Positions 44,983-54,522 of a stretch of DNA of 64,000 nucleotides are shown here, in pieces. The notes under the pieces are model-generated. The model ran no database searches. It saw only the letters and a program-made list of their open reading frames with translations, and was not told the origin of the DNA. Made by a program: the position numbers and the translations under genes. The stretch spans positions 58 through 64,057 of the forward strand of contig DASZRD010000005.1 of the NCBI GenBank assembly GCA_035549255.1. Reading direction: 5' to 3'. Source of the DNA: Minisyncoccota bacterium. GTDB taxonomy: Bacteria; Patescibacteriota; Minisyncoccia; Phycocordibacterales; SBAW01. Positions within the stretch are counted from its first letter, which is position 1. Every line of letters begins with the position of its first letter.

Positions 44983-45749
44983 ACATCCTGCAGAGCTTTA
45001 TCCTCGGCATCGTCGAGGGCATCACCGAATTCCTCCCCATATCCTCGACGGGCCACCTTATTCTCGCAAGCTCGCTCCTCGGCGTCGCGCAGAGCGATTT
45101 CGTAAAGAGCTTCGAGATCATCATCCAGTTGGGCGCCATCGCCGCGGTCGCGGTGCTCTATTACAAGTCGTTTTTCAACCTCGAGATCCTCAAGCGCGTG
45201 ATCGTGGCATTCATCCCGACCGGTATCATCGGGCTGGCGCTCTACAAAGTCGCGAAGACGTACCTTATCGGCAACGAAGCGGTGGTGCTGTGGGCGCTCT
45301 TGCTCGGCGGCGCGGCGCTGATCGCCTTCGAGTACTTCCACCGCGAGCGCGAGTCCGCCCGCGCCGAAATCGCGCACATGTCGTACTCGCAGGCGCTCAT
45401 CATCGGCCTGTTCCAATCGCTCGCGATAGTACCAGGTGTCTCGCGCTCGGCCGCAAGCATCGTGGGAGGACTTCTCGTCGGCATGCGCAGAGTGGCTATC
45501 GTCGAGTTCTCTTTTCTGCTCGCGGTGCCGACGATGCTTGCGGCCAGCGGGCTCGACCTCCTCAAAAGCGCCTCGGCATTTTCTTCCGGAGACTTTCTCG
45601 TGCTCGCCGTCGGCTTCTTCACCGCGTTCCTGGTCGCGATCGCAAGCATCCGCTGGCTCCTCTCCTACGTGCGCGGGCACAATTTCGTGCCCTTCGGGCT
45701 CTACCGCATCGCGGTGGCGATACTCTTTTTCTTCCTCGTGCTGCGCTAG
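44979..45749 (+). CDS. uppP: undecaprenyl-diphosphate phosphatase
   Basis: BacA/UppP family (GITEFLPISSTGHL, SRSAASIVGGL). Confidence 0.95.
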   Translation: MNILQSFILGIVEGITEFLPISSTGHLILASSLLGVAQSDFVKSFEIIIQLGAIAAVAVLYYKSFFNLEILKRVIVAFIPTGIIGLALYKVAKTYLIGNEAVVLWALLLGGAALIAFEYFHRERESARAEIAHMSYSQALIIGLFQSLAIVPGVSRSAASIVGGLLVGMRRVAIVEFSFLLAVPTMLAASGLDLLKSASAFSSGDFLVLAVGFFTAFLVAIASIRWLLSYVRGHNFVPFGLYRIAVAILFFFLVLR

Positions 45750-46453
45750 GCCTGCTCTTCCTCGCCCGCTTCAGCCATGATGCGCTTGCGGATATAGTTG
45801 GCAGCACCGAATGCGACGACGAGCAGCACTACCACTGCCACGGTGATGAATACCTTGCCCAGCACGTTGTTGACCGAGACGTAGACATCGCCGAGGAAAT
45901 AGCCTATGGAGACGATCATGGCCGACCATATCGACTCGCCGACGATGTTGAGCCCGACGAATTTCCAGAACGGCACCCGGCTCATGCCAGCGGTAAACAG
46001 GGTAACGAGCGCGAAGCCCATGCCGTTGGTTAACTTTGAAATAAGGAGTATCGACGTATGATAGCGGCTGAAGATCCTCCTCACGCCGGCGATATGCTTG
46101 GGCGTGATGCTGAAGAAGCGCCCGAAGCGCGCAGCGAAGCTCACGCCCCAGCGATAGCCGATCCAATACCACAGCGCGTCGCCCAGGACCGCCGTTACCA
46201 CCAGGACCCCGTACACGATGAACGGGTCGAAGTATCCCAGCCGCGCGAGCACGCCGCACAGCATGCCCACCAGCGGCTGCCAAATAAGCGCCAGCGGAAC
46301 GATAATAAGATAGCGGTAGGCCAAAATAAGGCTCGTGATAGTCGCGATGGAAGCCACGGATACAGTATACTGGATATACCCGCGTATACGTAGGCTGTAT
46401 TCTATGCATTCAGAATTCAAAAAGTGGCGGCGGGGCGTGCCGAAGTCCCGCAT
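45746..46453 (-). CDS. DedA-family membrane protein (VTT/SNARE-associated domain)
   Basis: DedA motifs (GDALWYWIGYRWG, TNGMGFALVTLFTAGM). A GTG start at 46357 would give a more typical 203-aa product and remove the overlap with the divergent + gene. Confidence 0.75.
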   Translation of the reverse strand: MRDFGTPRRHFLNSECIEYSLRIRGYIQYTVSVASIATITSLILAYRYLIIVPLALIWQPLVGMLCGVLARLGYFDPFIVYGVLVVTAVLGDALWYWIGYRWGVSFAARFGRFFSITPKHIAGVRRIFSRYHTSILLISKLTNGMGFALVTLFTAGMSRVPFWKFVGLNIVGESIWSAMIVSIGYFLGDVYVSVNNVLGKVFITVAVVVLLVVAFGAANYIRKRIMAEAGEEEQA

Positions 46454-46904
46454 ACCTTATCCTTCCACTCGCGCCGACCGCGTCAAATACGCGCTTTGGC
46501 GCGTACTCGATCCCCTGCATCCTTACGCCCGCAACGCGCTCGCGGCAGTGGGCTACATGCGCAAGTACGACAAGTACCGCCCGGCGGGCCGGCAGCGCTT
46601 CGTGCTCGGCGCGCTCGCGCAGGCACAGACGCCTCAGACGCTTACCGAGTATTTGCTCTCGCAGGGGTTCGGCAATCACTTTGTTGCGCTTCGCGACAAA
46701 GGCGAGATCATCAGCCTGCGGCGCTGCCCGGATTTCACGCATCAATATCATATCCGCATTTTCGAAGACGGCGAGGTGCGTGGGCACTTCGAATATACGC
46801 CCGAGTGCCATCCTTTCCTCCACGACCGCGAAATAGGCTTCGAAGCTCGGCGCGAAGAGTTCCTCGCCCTGCTCGGCGACCGCATCATACCCCTGGAAGG
46901 ATAG
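46404..46904 (+). CDS. hypothetical protein (166 aa)
   Basis: GC3-biased ORF; start taken at the MHSEFKK ATG; no recognisable family. Confidence 0.5.
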   Translation: MHSEFKKWRRGVPKSRIPYPSTRADRVKYALWRVLDPLHPYARNALAAVGYMRKYDKYRPAGRQRFVLGALAQAQTPQTLTEYLLSQGFGNHFVALRDKGEIISLRRCPDFTHQYHIRIFEDGEVRGHFEYTPECHPFLHDREIGFEARREEFLALLGDRIIPLEG

Positions 46905-46963
46905 GAGTTTTCCACTCGCTACTGCAAGGTTTTTCCTCGCTTTCGCTCTATACTTAAGGGCAT

Positions 46964-47317
46964 ATGAAGGGCTTCTCTAATTACGAGAGGGAGATTCGTC
47001 CGTGGGGGAACTTCGAACGCTTTACGCTCAATGAAAAATCGACGGTAAAGGTCATCACGGTGAATCCGAACGAGGAACTTTCGCTCCAGGCGCATGAACA
47101 TCGCGACGAGGAGTGGCACGTATTGAGCGGCTCGGGGGCAGTCGTGATCGGCGAGGAGCGCACCTCCGTCAAGCCCGGCGAAGACTTCTTCGTCGCGCGC
47201 GGCGTAAAGCACCGCGTTGCGGGCGGTCCGCGCGGGCTCGTGTTCCTTGAGGTGGCGCTGGGCGAATTTGACGAGAACGACATAACCCGCTTTGAGGATC
47301 GTTACGGGCGCACGTGA
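46964..47317 (+). CDS. cupin-type mannose-6-phosphate isomerase domain protein
   Basis: Type II PMI cupin signature ELSLQAHEHRDEEWHVLSGSG ... GVKHRV. Confidence 0.8.
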   Translation: MKGFSNYEREIRPWGNFERFTLNEKSTVKVITVNPNEELSLQAHEHRDEEWHVLSGSGAVVIGEERTSVKPGEDFFVARGVKHRVAGGPRGLVFLEVALGEFDENDITRFEDRYGRT

Positions 47318-47341
47318 ATCTCGCGGAGGTCTTGATATGCA

Positions 47342-48508
47342 ATGAACAACGCACTGGGAGCAGCAACATTGATAGCAGGGGTCGCGGTCGGCGGCATGGG
47401 CCTCGTCGCCGCCTTTATCGCGATTGCTTGCGGGATCGTGACGCTCTTGTGGTGGTGGCTGCGGGAACACAAGCGGCCGCTCTCGCTGCGCCGCTTCAAT
47501 CAGAACCCGATCCTCGGCCCTGACCCCAGCCACTGGTGGGAATCAGAGGCGGTATTCAATCCTGCGGCGTTCACCGCCGACGGGAAGGTGCACATCCTCT
47601 ACCGCGCCATGGGGCGCGACGGCATTTCGCGCATCGGCTACGCTTCGAGCGAAGACGGCGTTCGCTTTACCCGCTTGCCGTATCCGGTCTACTCGCCCGA
47701 CCGGGGCTTCGGGGTCCCGAGGACCGATCGCGTCTACGGGCCGCTCTCCTACAGCCAGACGCACTACGCCTCCGGCGGCGGATGGGGCGGCATCGAGGAC
47801 CCGCGGGCCATCAAGATCGACGGCAAGCTCTACATGAGCTTCGTCGCCTTCGACGGTTGGGGCTTCGTGCGCATGGCGCTTACCTCGATGCCGCTGCCGA
47901 AGTTCCTCAACAAAGACTGGCAATGGAAGAAAGCGGCGTTCCTTTCGCCGCCGAACGAGATCCACAAGAACTGGGTCCTCTTCCCCGAGCGCGTGGGCGG
48001 CAGGTATGCGGTGCTCCACAGCATTACGCCGAAGATCTCGATCGAGTACGTCGATTCGCTCGAGAGCTTCGACGACGAGGATACCTATATCCACTCTCCT
48101 GGCCGCTCGGGCGGCAGGCCCGGGGAGTGGGATAGCATCGTCCGCGGCGCGGGAGCACCGCCGATCAGGACATCGGAAGGATGGCTTCTGCTCTATCACG
48201 GCATGGACGCCAACAATCAGGGTATTGGCTACAAAGTGGGTGCTATGCTGCTCGACCTTGAAGACCCGACCCGCGTGCTCTATCGCAGCTCGCAGCCGAT
48301 ACTGGTCCCGAGCGAATGGTACGAGAATGACTGGAAGCCCGGCGTCATCATCGCGACCGGCGCGGTGGTTATCGGCGACGATCTGATGGTCTACTACGGC
48401 GGCGGCGACAAGTACGTCGCTGCTGCGCGCGCCAATCTGCGCGACTTCCTGCGAAGGCTCAAGTACGACGAGCAGGCCGAGCTCGAGCCGGTGAAGCTCC
48501 AGGTATAA
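47342..48508 (+). CDS. glycoside hydrolase family 130 protein (mannoside phosphorylase-like), membrane-anchored
   Basis: N-terminal TM; GH130 fold motifs (FNPAAF ... ILYRAMG ... GIEDPR ... LLYHG). Confidence 0.8.
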   Translation: MNNALGAATLIAGVAVGGMGLVAAFIAIACGIVTLLWWWLREHKRPLSLRRFNQNPILGPDPSHWWESEAVFNPAAFTADGKVHILYRAMGRDGISRIGYASSEDGVRFTRLPYPVYSPDRGFGVPRTDRVYGPLSYSQTHYASGGGWGGIEDPRAIKIDGKLYMSFVAFDGWGFVRMALTSMPLPKFLNKDWQWKKAAFLSPPNEIHKNWVLFPERVGGRYAVLHSITPKISIEYVDSLESFDDEDTYIHSPGRSGGRPGEWDSIVRGAGAPPIRTSEGWLLLYHGMDANNQGIGYKVGAMLLDLEDPTRVLYRSSQPILVPSEWYENDWKPGVIIATGAVVIGDDLMVYYGGGDKYVAAARANLRDFLRRLKYDEQAELEPVKLQV

Positions 48509-48520
48509 TACACGAGCAAT

Positions 48521-50422
48521 ATGTACGTTATCAGACGCAGCTCGCATAACCCCATCATCACGCCCATGGCCGACCGCCAATGGGAGGCGCGCGGCACGTT
48601 CAATCCCTCACCGGTCAAGAAAGGCCCGATCACGCACATCCTCTACCGCGCGCTCGGCCGCCCCGACGCGCTCATGACGCCCGCGGGTATCTCAACCATC
48701 GGAAAAGCACTCTCGATTGACGGCAAGCACTTCCAGAACCGCCGCCAATTCATCGTGCCGACCGAGGAGTGGGAAAAATTCGGCTGCGAGGACCCGCGCG
48801 CCACGTTCTTCGAAGGCAAATATTATATCTTTTATACCGCCCTCGGCGGTATGCCCTTCGGGGCGGGCAATATCAAGGTTGCGTGCGCGATATCGAAGGA
48901 TCTCGAGTCCATCGATGAGAAGCATCTCATCACCCCGTTTAACGCCAAGGCGATGGCGCTCTTCCCCGAGCGCGTGGGCGGCAAGATCACCGCGATCGTG
49001 ACCGCGCACACCGACGAGCCGCCCGCGAAGATTTCTATCGTGCAGTGCGACAAGATCGAAGATCTGTGGGATCTCGCCTTCTGGGAGAAGTGGCACGCCA
49101 ACCTCGACGATCACCGCATCAACCCCTTGCGGTTCGACCATGACCACGTCGAAGTCGGCTCCGCGCCGATCTGGACCAAGGACGGCTGGCTGATCTTCTA
49201 CTCGTACATCCAAAATTACTTCGGCGGCGGGGAGCGCGTGTTCGGCATCGAGGCGCTGCTGCTCGACCTCGACGACCCGCGGCAGATCGTCGGCCGCACG
49301 AAGGGCCCCATCATGGTCCCGGAAGAGATTTACGAGCGCTACGGCGAGGTCCCCAATATCGTCTTTCCTTCCGGCGCGCTGCTCAACAAGAACGGCCGCG
49401 TCGATATCTACTACGGCGGCGCGGACACGGTCTGCGCGCGCGCTTCTCTTAATCTCCCCGACCTCCTCTCGGCGATGATACCCTCGCGCCGCGAAGACTT
49501 GGCCGTCCGCGCCAAGGAGAATCCGATCCTCTCGCCTATCCCCGACCATGCGTGGGAGAGCAAAGAGGTCTTCAACGCCGCCGCGATCGACATCGACGAG
49601 ACCGTGCATATCCTCTATCGCGCGATCGGCGAAGACGGGGTTTCGCGCGTGGGCTATGCCACGAGCAAAAACGGCATCAAGATTACCGAGCGCCTCCCGG
49701 AGCCTATCTACGGGCCGCGCGCCGACTTCGAATCGCGCGGCTGCGAAGACCCTAGAGTGACCCGCATCGGCACTACTATATATATGGTCTATACCGCCTT
49801 CGACGGGAAGAACCCTTGGCGCGCGGCCATGACCTCGATATCGGTCAAGGACTTTCTCGCGCGCAAATGGGACAAATGGGCGCCGCCTCAGCTCATCACC
49901 CCCGACCCGGTGCAGGACAAGGACACGTGCATCTTCCCCGAGCAGATCGGCGGGCAGTACATGCTGCTCCACCGCATCGACCCCATGATGTGCGCGGATT
50001 TCCTCGATACGCTCGACTTTACGAAGAGCAGGCTCTCGCGCTGCATCGAGATTATGGGTCCGAGAGCGGGCATGTGGGATAGCAAAAAGATCGGCGTCGC
50101 CGGGCCGCCGATCGAGACTTCCAAAGGCTGGCTTCTGATCTACCACGGCGTATCGAAGACCGGCACCTACCGGCTCGGCGCAGTGCTGCTCGACGAGAAA
50201 AACCCCTCGATCGTGATCTCGCGCAGCGTCGACACCATCTTCGAGCCGATCGAGGAGTACGAGCGTACGGGCGTCGTCAACAACGCGGTCTTCTCCTGCG
50301 GCGCGGTCGTGCGCGGCGACACAATGTACGTCTATTACGGCGGTGCGGATACGGTACTTGGCGTCGCCAAGATCTCCCTCAAGAAACTCCTCAAGATTTT
50401 GCTCCCAGAGAACCTCGAGTAA
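48521..50422 (+). CDS. tandem GH130-domain protein (two mannoside-phosphorylase-like modules)
   Basis: Two repeats each carrying FNP..V..ILYRA.G, CEDPR, GWL.IYHG and YYGGAD blocks. Confidence 0.85.
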   Translation: MYVIRRSSHNPIITPMADRQWEARGTFNPSPVKKGPITHILYRALGRPDALMTPAGISTIGKALSIDGKHFQNRRQFIVPTEEWEKFGCEDPRATFFEGKYYIFYTALGGMPFGAGNIKVACAISKDLESIDEKHLITPFNAKAMALFPERVGGKITAIVTAHTDEPPAKISIVQCDKIEDLWDLAFWEKWHANLDDHRINPLRFDHDHVEVGSAPIWTKDGWLIFYSYIQNYFGGGERVFGIEALLLDLDDPRQIVGRTKGPIMVPEEIYERYGEVPNIVFPSGALLNKNGRVDIYYGGADTVCARASLNLPDLLSAMIPSRREDLAVRAKENPILSPIPDHAWESKEVFNAAAIDIDETVHILYRAIGEDGVSRVGYATSKNGIKITERLPEPIYGPRADFESRGCEDPRVTRIGTTIYMVYTAFDGKNPWRAAMTSISVKDFLARKWDKWAPPQLITPDPVQDKDTCIFPEQIGGQYMLLHRIDPMMCADFLDTLDFTKSRLSRCIEIMGPRAGMWDSKKIGVAGPPIETSKGWLLIYHGVSKTGTYRLGAVLLDEKNPSIVISRSVDTIFEPIEEYERTGVVNNAVFSCGAVVRGDTMYVYYGGADTVLGVAKISLKKLLKILLPENLE

Positions 50423-50453
50423 TCATCTGAGCACGTCGTCCACTCGCTAGATT

Positions 50454-51233
50454 ATGAACTTCAAGCCAAAACTCGTCGCGTTCGACCTCGACGGCACGCT
50501 TGCGGAGAGCAAGCGCCCGATTACCGCCGAGGTTGGCGAGCTCCTCACCGAATTGCTCCAGAAGCTGCCAGTCGCTATCATGTCGGGCGCCTCATTTGAG
50601 CAATTCCAGACGCAGGTCTTGCCGCAGATACCCGAGACGGCGCGCTTTGAGCGCCTCTACCTGTTCCCGACCAACGCCGCGCAGTGCTACATACACCGCG
50701 GATCAGGATGGCACCTCGCATATGATCGCTCGTTCAACAGCTTCGAGAAGGGGCGCATCATGCAGGCGCTCAAGGAGGCTCTCGCGGAGCAGGGCCTCGG
50801 GGACGAGTCGGCGCATCCGCAGGAATGGGGGCCGAGGATCGAGGATCGCGGCGCGCAGATCGCCTTCTCCGCGCTGGGGCAGAAAGCGCCCGTTGACCAA
50901 AAGCAGCTCTGGCATGACGCGCACGAATCCGAGCGCAAGGCGCTGCGCGACTCTCTTGCGCGGCGGCTACCCGACTTCTCGGTGCTCGAGGGCGGCCTCA
51001 CGACCGTCGATATCACCCAGAAGGGCGTCGACAAGGCCTACGGCATCCGCAAGCTCGTCGAGCTTGCCGACGTATCGGTTTCCGAGATGCTGTATGTCGG
51101 CGACGCGCTCGAAGAAGGCGGCAATGACTCGGTCGTCATCGATACGGGCGTACACACCCACGAGGTATTCGGCCCCGACGAGACTATTGCCCTCATCAAC
51201 AGCGTTCTTGACGCTCCGCGCGCCGGCCGTTAA
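50454..51233 (+). CDS. HAD-IIB phosphatase/mutase of the eukaryotic-type phosphomannomutase family
   Basis: FDLDGTL, VDITQKGVDKAYGI (like PMM DVFPKGWDKTY), GDALEEGGNDSVV (like PMM GD..GGNDYE). Confidence 0.75.
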   Translation: MNFKPKLVAFDLDGTLAESKRPITAEVGELLTELLQKLPVAIMSGASFEQFQTQVLPQIPETARFERLYLFPTNAAQCYIHRGSGWHLAYDRSFNSFEKGRIMQALKEALAEQGLGDESAHPQEWGPRIEDRGAQIAFSALGQKAPVDQKQLWHDAHESERKALRDSLARRLPDFSVLEGGLTTVDITQKGVDKAYGIRKLVELADVSVSEMLYVGDALEEGGNDSVVIDTGVHTHEVFGPDETIALINSVLDAPRAGR

Positions 51234-51236
51234 GTC

Positions 51237-53198
51237 TTAGATCGATCCGATCGCCTGGTTTAGCGTCACGACCTTGATGCCGCTTTGCTTAATGTAATTG
51301 ACCAATGACTGCAAGAAGCTCGGCGTAATCGCGTATTCATCTCCGCCGCTTTGGAGCACGTCGTGGATCTCGAGGATAAGGAGCCGCTTGTCGGCAACCG
51401 CCTGGTCGATCTCGGCTTCGAGCGAAGCAAGCGATGTCGATGAGTCAACACGAATGTCATCGAGGTTATAGCGCGGGGCCCCGGGCTCGTTGAGGCCGTA
51501 GTAGCTGCCGCGCGCGGCGCTGTAGCCGGCAGCAGCCACCATCGCGTCGGTCGAGGGGCTGCGGTCGCCATAGGGATACACGAAGGTAGTCGGCGTGATG
51601 CCCTGTTTTACAAGGTCGCTATACGAGCCGGCGATCTCCTTCTGCGCCTGCGCGGACGTCAGCGTGGTGAGGTACGGATGCGTCTGCGTGTGGCCGCCGA
51701 TCTCGAAGCCCTGCGACGCGAGGTTCTTGATCTGCGCCCAGGTCATATACCCGCTGTCGCCGCTCCCCGGCTCGGAGGTAATGATGTAGAAGCTCGCTCT
51801 CATGCCCGCGGCATTGAGTATCGGCAGCGCGTTCTGATACTGCGACAAGTCGCCGTCATCAAAGGTAAGTGCCACCATGCCGCTCGGGAGCGGGTTCTGG
51901 GGGTTGGCGGTGAGCGAAGCATTATCGATCGTAAGCGTGCCGACTGCCGCGATCGTGTGAAGCACCGTGAGCGATACCGCGCCCGTTGGCACGGTGACCT
52001 GCGCGGTGAGCGTCTGCCACGTGCCATTGGTTGCCGGAGCATCAGCGACCCAATCGTACTGATACGTGCCATCACTCATGAGGTACTCGACCGTAACATT
52101 GTCTTTGAGCGTCGAATTGTAATCGTCGGTGAACGTATAGATCGTGTGGCTCGATACCGGCACATGGTCGAAGTCCCACTTGGCGTCGCCCGAGGAGTAT
52201 TTGGTGATAGCCACCTGCGCCGCCTTGCCGCCCCCCTTGCCGGCGACCGGATAGGTAAACTTTACGTTCATCGTGCCCCAGTAATCGGCATTCCATCCGG
52301 TCGGGTTATTGGCCGTGCCCGCTTCAAGGTTGCCGTTAGCGATGAGGTTGGGACCGTTCGGCTGAGTCGGCGGAGTCGGAGGCGCCGGCTGCACGACGGT
52401 AACCGTGACGCTTGAGGTCGCAACACCCGCAGGATTCGTTGCAGTAAGCGTGTACGTCGTGGTCTGGGTTGGCGTTACCTGTTTGCTCGCGCCCGTCACG
52501 ATACCGACATTCTGGTCGATGCTGGTCGAAGACGCGTTGCTGACATTCCACGAGAGCGTGACCTGCTGGCCCGCAACGATAGTGCTGCTTGATGTGACAA
52601 ACGAGTTGATGAGGGGCTTCTGCTGCACCGGCGGCGGAGGCGGCGTAGAAGTGCTGGCCGCCTCGGTAAGCGAGTACTGATCGACTTCGACGTAACCAAT
52701 ACTCTTGAGCTCATGCGCGAAGCGCACCTTGGTGTAACCGCTCGGGATCGTGACCGTCGCGCTGAATTGCTGCCAGGCGCCCGTGCCCGAGACCGTACCG
52801 AGCGTCTGGGTAACGGAGCTGCCGTTATTCTTCGTGAAGATCGCAATCACATTCACCGACACGTTCGAGAGCGAGTAGCCCGAGAAGAGGTACGACTTAC
52901 CCGCTGCGACGCTCGCGGCGGGAGACTGCCAGTACGCGTCGCCGCTGTTCTTGTACTTGGTGATCTGCGCCTTGACGGCGTTCCCGCTGAATCCCTTGAC
53001 CGGATAATTGAATGAGACGCTGATATTAGAGCCGCTATGCTCGGTATTCCATCCCGAGGTGCCGTTGTCGAGAGAAGGGTTGGCGATAAGATTGGGTCCG
53101 CCCGCTATCGCGGTCCCGCCTATAAAAAGCACCGCTGCCGCGCATGCGGCGATAAGGATTCCTGCGGAACGTCCTGGATTTTTCATACTGCTATGCAT
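51237..53198 (-). CDS. secreted multidomain polysaccharide deacetylase (CBM-like and Ig-like domains plus C-terminal NodB domain)
   Basis: Signal anchor, two CBM4/9-like modules (NPSLDNGTSGWN, NGNLEAGTANNPTGWN), Ig-like domains with PPPP linkers, NodB motifs (ALTFDDGD, EIGGHTQTHP). Start trimmed to ATG 53198; the track ORF runs into the upstream gene. Confidence 0.8.
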   Translation of the reverse strand: MHSSMKNPGRSAGILIAACAAAVLFIGGTAIAGGPNLIANPSLDNGTSGWNTEHSGSNISVSFNYPVKGFSGNAVKAQITKYKNSGDAYWQSPAASVAAGKSYLFSGYSLSNVSVNVIAIFTKNNGSSVTQTLGTVSGTGAWQQFSATVTIPSGYTKVRFAHELKSIGYVEVDQYSLTEAASTSTPPPPPVQQKPLINSFVTSSSTIVAGQQVTLSWNVSNASSTSIDQNVGIVTGASKQVTPTQTTTYTLTATNPAGVATSSVTVTVVQPAPPTPPTQPNGPNLIANGNLEAGTANNPTGWNADYWGTMNVKFTYPVAGKGGGKAAQVAITKYSSGDAKWDFDHVPVSSHTIYTFTDDYNSTLKDNVTVEYLMSDGTYQYDWVADAPATNGTWQTLTAQVTVPTGAVSLTVLHTIAAVGTLTIDNASLTANPQNPLPSGMVALTFDDGDLSQYQNALPILNAAGMRASFYIITSEPGSGDSGYMTWAQIKNLASQGFEIGGHTQTHPYLTTLTSAQAQKEIAGSYSDLVKQGITPTTFVYPYGDRSPSTDAMVAAAGYSAARGSYYGLNEPGAPRYNLDDIRVDSSTSLASLEAEIDQAVADKRLLILEIHDVLQSGGDEYAITPSFLQSLVNYIKQSGIKVVTLNQAIGSI

Positions 53199-53232
53199 AC
53201 GTATTAATAATGATTTGATAACGCTGACAGGA

Positions 53233-54522
53233 CTAATCTCTCCCAGTACCCGGCTCAACCGTGTAGGACTTGAGCGTATGCGGTGAAGCGTACGGGTTCG
53301 GGTCCCACGTCTCGAAGCCGACCGTACCCGAATTCTGCAGGCTCGGGAGATCGGCGGCGAGCACCACTTGCCCGCCGATGAGGCACGACAACCGGCTGCC
53401 TTCGATATCGGCGCCCATATCGACACCCTCCCACGGGGAATCCTGGCGTACGGGAAGACTCGGCGATTGAGATATGAATTGCGAGACGCCGTTTGATACC
53501 TGATAAATCTGCACAGTCTGGCCGTAGCGCGAGAACGCGCACGAGGCGAAGTTGCCATCGTCGCGCATGCGCACCAGACGCGAGAAGACGCTTGTGAGGC
53601 CCCAGTCGACCGTCGTATCGACTTTATAATCGACCCAGTCCTTGCCGCCGCGGAACATGGTCATCGAGCCGGTGGTGCTCGCGGCGGCGGAGGGGCCGGT
53701 CTCGATAGAGCCGCTCTCCCCCGGCCCGAAGAAGCCGAAATACGTAAACCACTTGTCGAGAGAATCCGACGACGGAGAGAAGGTATATGGAAGCGTCGCG
53801 GGCGTGGCGGTCGCGAAGGGGTCGAAGGGCTGCGGCCCGGTCGCGACCGGCGGGTACCAGGGGGAATGAGGCGCATCCGAAGAGACCAGGCGTACTTCGT
53901 CGATATAGGCAGACCCCGGATTCTCCGCGCTCACGCTGAACCCAGTGAGCTCTTGGGGGGTCGTGGAACCGACGGAGAAATTGGCGAGCGGGACGGTAAT
54001 CTGCTGCCACTCCCCGGGCGCCAGCGCGCCCGACGCGGCATACCACGAGAGGGACTGGCGGCCGATCGAATTGCCCTGCGCGTCGTAGATATCGAGATAA
54101 AGGTCCCCCACTGCCGCATCGGGGCGGACATACAGCGAGATCGCGCTATACGGCGCCGCATCGGCCGCTGGCCCCTGCATACCGACGCTCCCGCCGGCCG
54201 CGTCGAAGGCCGCCTTGATCGACGCCGGCCCGGCGGCATACTCATCAGTCGCGCGCCAATTGGCGCTCGCGTGCCAAGTCCAGCTATCGTAGCGCAGCGG
54301 CAGCGCATCCTGGTAAAAATAGCCCGAATTAAGCGATACAGCGCCTGAGAGAAGCGATGAGGCGAAAGGATCTCGGCCGCTCTGGTACGAAACGCCCAGC
54401 GCCGCGAGCAAGTCCCCCGGCTGCGTGCGCACATAAAAGAGCGAGAGCGCCGAGGCGATGCCCGCGAGCGCCACGGCGAAGAATGCGCACCAGACTATTC
54501 TCCAAAAGCGGTCGACAATCAT
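53233..54522 (-). CDS. hypothetical membrane-anchored extracytoplasmic protein, between the synthase and the secreted deacetylase
   Basis: N-terminal TM then a 400-aa beta-rich domain; 4-nt overlap with the upstream gene, so likely co-transcribed. Confidence 0.65.
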   Translation of the reverse strand: MIVDRFWRIVWCAFFAVALAGIASALSLFYVRTQPGDLLAALGVSYQSGRDPFASSLLSGAVSLNSGYFYQDALPLRYDSWTWHASANWRATDEYAAGPASIKAAFDAAGGSVGMQGPAADAAPYSAISLYVRPDAAVGDLYLDIYDAQGNSIGRQSLSWYAASGALAPGEWQQITVPLANFSVGSTTPQELTGFSVSAENPGSAYIDEVRLVSSDAPHSPWYPPVATGPQPFDPFATATPATLPYTFSPSSDSLDKWFTYFGFFGPGESGSIETGPSAAASTTGSMTMFRGGKDWVDYKVDTTVDWGLTSVFSRLVRMRDDGNFASCAFSRYGQTVQIYQVSNGVSQFISQSPSLPVRQDSPWEGVDMGADIEGSRLSCLIGGQVVLAADLPSLQNSGTVGFETWDPNPYASPHTLKSYTVEPGTGRD

